Made by a program: the position numbers and the translations under genes | The notes under the pieces: model-generated | The model's input: only the letters and a program-made list of their open reading frames with translations | What the model was told of the DNA's origin: nothing | The model's database searches: none | In this document: positions 60,827 to 64,000 of the stretch, in pieces | How positions within the stretch are numbered: position 1 is the first letter of the stretch | Layout: every line of letters starts with the position of its first letter | Assembly (NCBI GenBank): GCA_050287845.1 | Contig: JBNKCR010000013.1 | Coordinates: forward strand, 41,008 to 105,007 | DNA: 64,000 nt | Reading direction: 5' to 3' | From: Polyangia bacterium | Lineage (GTDB): Bacteria; Myxococcota_A; Polyangia; JAAYKL01

Positions 60827-63370
60827 CTATTCAACCCAGATCACACTGCGTACTTCATGACATTCCGGCTCTTCCCCCCAGAGCAATTTGTCGTCCTTTC
60901 CGTAGGCGGTAATTCTTGGCGTTTTATGTTCCTCTTCAGTCAATCCCTGAAAGCTGTAATCGTTGGTGCCATCCCAGACGCAATCCCCGTTATTCGCCAC
61001 GCCCAAATCCACCATCACCACTCTCGGCCCGTCCAGGCGACTCTGGCGTCCCCAGAACTGCTGACCGTCATAAGTTACCTTAAAGTACCACATGTCCCCG
61101 TTGACTTCGCAGGGGAATGGTCCTTCAATACCCGATGGCGTCTGCTGACTGTTATCGTAAATAAGGTCGGCGGTCATAGTGGCGGGATCAATCCCGGCAT
61201 CGGTCAAATCCGTCACATCAATATAATATCTGGCTTCCAGATACTCGTTGAACCTTGGCGGATGTATGGACTCATTCATCATGGTAATTTCCACCTGGGT
61301 ACGGCATGTACCCACGCTGTTTACCTTACCGAGCGTGTAAAACTCATCGATTCGCTCCTCAACCGGCGGAAAATCCGGATCCGGGCAGCCCTTGGCGCCG
61401 GCGTTCACATAGTTGCCGGCCAATGCACCAACCCACGCCGCGTTGTAATCAATGGTGACCTCATTGGCACCGAAATCCTCACGGACATCCTCATGAGTGT
61501 CCTCACCCGATGGGCCATTCACCAGAGCGCCCCACAGAATATGTCGGTTCTCCTCGGGGATTCCCGGCTCGCCATAAATGGACGCATGGCCAGCGGCATG
61601 GTGCGGCTGCAACGGGTAATTGGGAGATAAATCCGTGAATCCCATCATGAAGCTCTTGCCTTCCGGGTCGCCGTTCACTTCATTGTCCCCCAGCAGATAC
61701 AACGACTGGCGCTGCGCCCATTCCTTAATGTGTTCAGACTCTTCATCTTCCGGGAAATGCTTGGCGTAGACCATGGCCACCAGTTGCCCCGCCGCATTGT
61801 AGCGCGCAGACCCCCAGCTCACATCGACTTTAGTGGCAAAGCCCTGCGGGGTATGAGGACCGTTAACCCACCCCATGGTATCCATTCGGGCAATCATCTG
61901 AAACAGCGGCCCGTACTCATTGCCGGCTTCGGTCATGGATGCCGCCAGTCTGACAAACAGGCCGGATCGCACCGAGTTCCATACATGGGTCCAGCTTTCA
62001 TACCAGCAGGCATTGTCCTGATTGTACGATTCCCATTTAATCAACTGATCAACGCAAATCTTATTGAATCCCGGAAAGTTGTATGCCCATTCCACCGCGT
62101 CATCGAAGTACTTTTCGTTTTTCGTCGCCTCATACAACCAGGCGGCCGCCCACGCCAGATCATCCCACGCGTATTCCGACGTATACAGGCCACCGTTTCC
62201 ATCGGCGGTGGTATCCGGATATTGCCGGGCAAAATTGTACAGCGCAATGGCGTGATTCAAGGCATTCACCGCGTATTCCGGGCGAGTGTCCTTTGTCACC
62301 AGATAGGTCAGTGCCAGAGCCGCTGATGCCGATGCGGTCACATCCGCACCGGGGTTTTCGTGGGTGGAAAAGTAGGCCATTCTGGGACACTTGTCCGGGG
62401 TTCGCAGCTCCGGAGGCATCCATCCACAGGAATGATCTGATGGGCTGCCGTTCTGGTGCGCATACGCCACCACATTCCATTCGTCAGCAGGCAGAGATTT
62501 GTCTTCCACAAAAGTGCTGCGCAGGAACCAATCCGCCGCCCAGGTAATCTGATCCAGTGCCTCACCTTCCAGTCCGGTTTCGGAAAATGCTTCCGGAAAT
62601 TCGTACATGGACCAGGCAACCGTCTGCGCCATGAAACCGGTGGTGAGTGCGAATTTTATAAAGTCACCGGCATCGTAATATCCGCCAGAGAGGTCCACTT
62701 CCCCGTTGCCGTCCGGATCGAACACGTCGCGATACTTCTCGATATACGCCGCAGACATGTTCACCCCATTGAGGTCGTCGGGATCCAGCTTGAAGTGGCC
62801 ATCGCTGGTATGCGCCGCACCGCGCCACTGGACGTCGGTGCAATACACCCCTTTGCCGGACTTGTTGATATTGAAAAACCACAGAGCCATCTGCAACGCT
62901 CTTCCCCAGAGTCCTTCTTCCCCTTTACAGGTCGCCTCATTGGGGAACGGGGGCGGTTCGCAGAATTCAGGTGTCTGGTACCACACGCCATCGGACCCCC
63001 AGAACCCATCTGTGTAGAGCCCCCCATCTCCGTCCGCATAGTCCCCGAAAGGCCAATCCACATACACCGTTTCATCGCTGTCGCTGTCACTGTCGCTGTC
63101 ACCGTCGCTGTCCGCATCGGTGTCACTGTCGCCGTCGCCGTCACTGTCGCTGTCTCCCCCGGAGGTGCCATTGTTCCCGGAGTCCACATCGCCATCTGCA
63201 TCACTGTCACCGTCAGGTGACCCCTGCGAATCAGAGTCGTCCCCCTGCGCGGCCACGCCCTGATTGGTCTCAGAGCAGGCACAGGTCAGCAGAAAGAATA
63301 GTGCCAACATCGCCGCCAACCGAAATGTAAGATTTTTACCTGAATAATTATTGTTCGTTAAGTAATTCAT
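60827..63370 (-). CDS. GH9 endoglucanase lipoprotein with C-terminal CBM3-like domain
   Basis: DLSGGYYDAGD, DDLAWAAAWLY.AT, WGSARY, PHH, GALVNGP, D.REDF..NEVTIDYNA; lipobox TCAC; Asp/Ser/Gly linker. Confidence 0.92.
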   Translation of the reverse strand: MNYLTNNNYSGKNLTFRLAAMLALFFLLTCACSETNQGVAAQGDDSDSQGSPDGDSDADGDVDSGNNGTSGGDSDSDGDGDSDTDADSDGDSDSDSDSDETVYVDWPFGDYADGDGGLYTDGFWGSDGVWYQTPEFCEPPPFPNEATCKGEEGLWGRALQMALWFFNINKSGKGVYCTDVQWRGAAHTSDGHFKLDPDDLNGVNMSAAYIEKYRDVFDPDGNGEVDLSGGYYDAGDFIKFALTTGFMAQTVAWSMYEFPEAFSETGLEGEALDQITWAADWFLRSTFVEDKSLPADEWNVVAYAHQNGSPSDHSCGWMPPELRTPDKCPRMAYFSTHENPGADVTASASAALALTYLVTKDTRPEYAVNALNHAIALYNFARQYPDTTADGNGGLYTSEYAWDDLAWAAAWLYEATKNEKYFDDAVEWAYNFPGFNKICVDQLIKWESYNQDNACWYESWTHVWNSVRSGLFVRLAASMTEAGNEYGPLFQMIARMDTMGWVNGPHTPQGFATKVDVSWGSARYNAAGQLVAMVYAKHFPEDEESEHIKEWAQRQSLYLLGDNEVNGDPEGKSFMMGFTDLSPNYPLQPHHAAGHASIYGEPGIPEENRHILWGALVNGPSGEDTHEDVREDFGANEVTIDYNAAWVGALAGNYVNAGAKGCPDPDFPPVEERIDEFYTLGKVNSVGTCRTQVEITMMNESIHPPRFNEYLEARYYIDVTDLTDAGIDPATMTADLIYDNSQQTPSGIEGPFPCEVNGDMWYFKVTYDGQQFWGRQSRLDGPRVVMVDLGVANNGDCVWDGTNDYSFQGLTEEEHKTPRITAYGKDDKLLWGEEPECHEVRSVIWVE

Positions 63371-63726
63371 AATGTACCCCTGAGTTCATTCTCGAAACGC
63401 CGCCACTGGCGTGGTTATGGGTAAAGGTTTTGCTATTAGTCTCATTACGATCATCATTTTATGATAGTTTCATTGAAAACTCTCAATTAAATCATATCAT
63501 TTGCAATAAAAAAAAGGAACACATCACTTTGTGCCGCTTCGTAACCCGCCGCATCAGCAACCAATCATTTCACTTCTGTCCCGACCAAATCCAGGTCCGC
63601 CACACAGGCCCACTCACCAATGACCCGTTATCCAGGGGAATAAACTCGTCAAAGGCGATGATTTGGCACGAAACTGCAGCAGCAGACCGTGACCTTCCCA
63701 GTGAGTGTTATATATCATGAATTTCA

Positions 63727-63962
63727 ATCCACGCACAGAGCCATGGGATGCTCTGCGGGCTGGAATACGATTCCCGGTCCTATACGACACAGCTGCCACA
63801 TGTACGCTTCCGCTCCCCAGCCCCTAGAGCGGGGATCGGTTTGGTTCCGCCAGCGAAACCGCGGGAATACGAGCAGCTTTGCTGCGCGCCCGCAAGGCCC
63901 GACCGAGGTGTAGCCATAGCTACATCGACCGAGGGACTGAGGACGAAAGCGCAAAGATGGCG
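63727..63962. repeat. GC-rich multi-hairpin intergenic element (possible REP/MITE-like repeat or ncRNA)
   Basis: Stems CAGAGC/GCTCTG, ATTCCCG/CGGGAAT, CCGCTC/GAGCGG, CGGTTT/AAACCG, GTGTAGC/GCTACAT, CTTTGC/GCAAAG. Confidence 0.35.
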
Positions 63963-64000
63963 AATTACTGCGATTGCAGCAATGAAACTGTTTGGAATGC

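Overview
A gene-dense chromosomal window from a bacterium that looks like a Myxococcota/'Deltaproteobacteria' member. This is inferred from eukaryotic-type Ser/Thr kinase-DUF4388, FecR-TPR, CglB-like VWA and Cys-rich lipoprotein content. Conserved housekeeping blocks are tRNA-Val-thrS-infC-rpmI-rplT-pheS-pheT-ihfA-merR-tRNA-Pro-surE, tRNA-Gln-prs-rplY-pth-hppA, queA-tgt, rplM-rpsI, glpK, cca and mazG. They alternate with accessory cell-envelope genes: a DUF4398/OmpA pair followed by two paralogous TPR-Cys-rich-beta-barrel proteins, a DUF2079-GT2-GtrA glycosylation trio plus a second DUF2079, an ECF sigma-FecR/TPR-barrel trio without a TonB receptor, lipoproteins with Asp/Thr/Ser dipeptide linkers (including a GH9-CBM3 cellulase and a VWA protein), and a tandemly duplicated, partly eroded two-gene Cys-rich cassette at 43.2-45.8 kb. 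Best leads: a shared C-terminal Cys...VE-stop motif on unrelated exported proteins, the cassette array, a candidate structured RNA between a sigma70-like promoter and tRNA-Gln, and a 40-bp near-perfect inverted repeat after tgt. No CRISPR array, rRNA or intact transposase/integrase was seen. All family assignments come from motif recognition by eye, not database searches.
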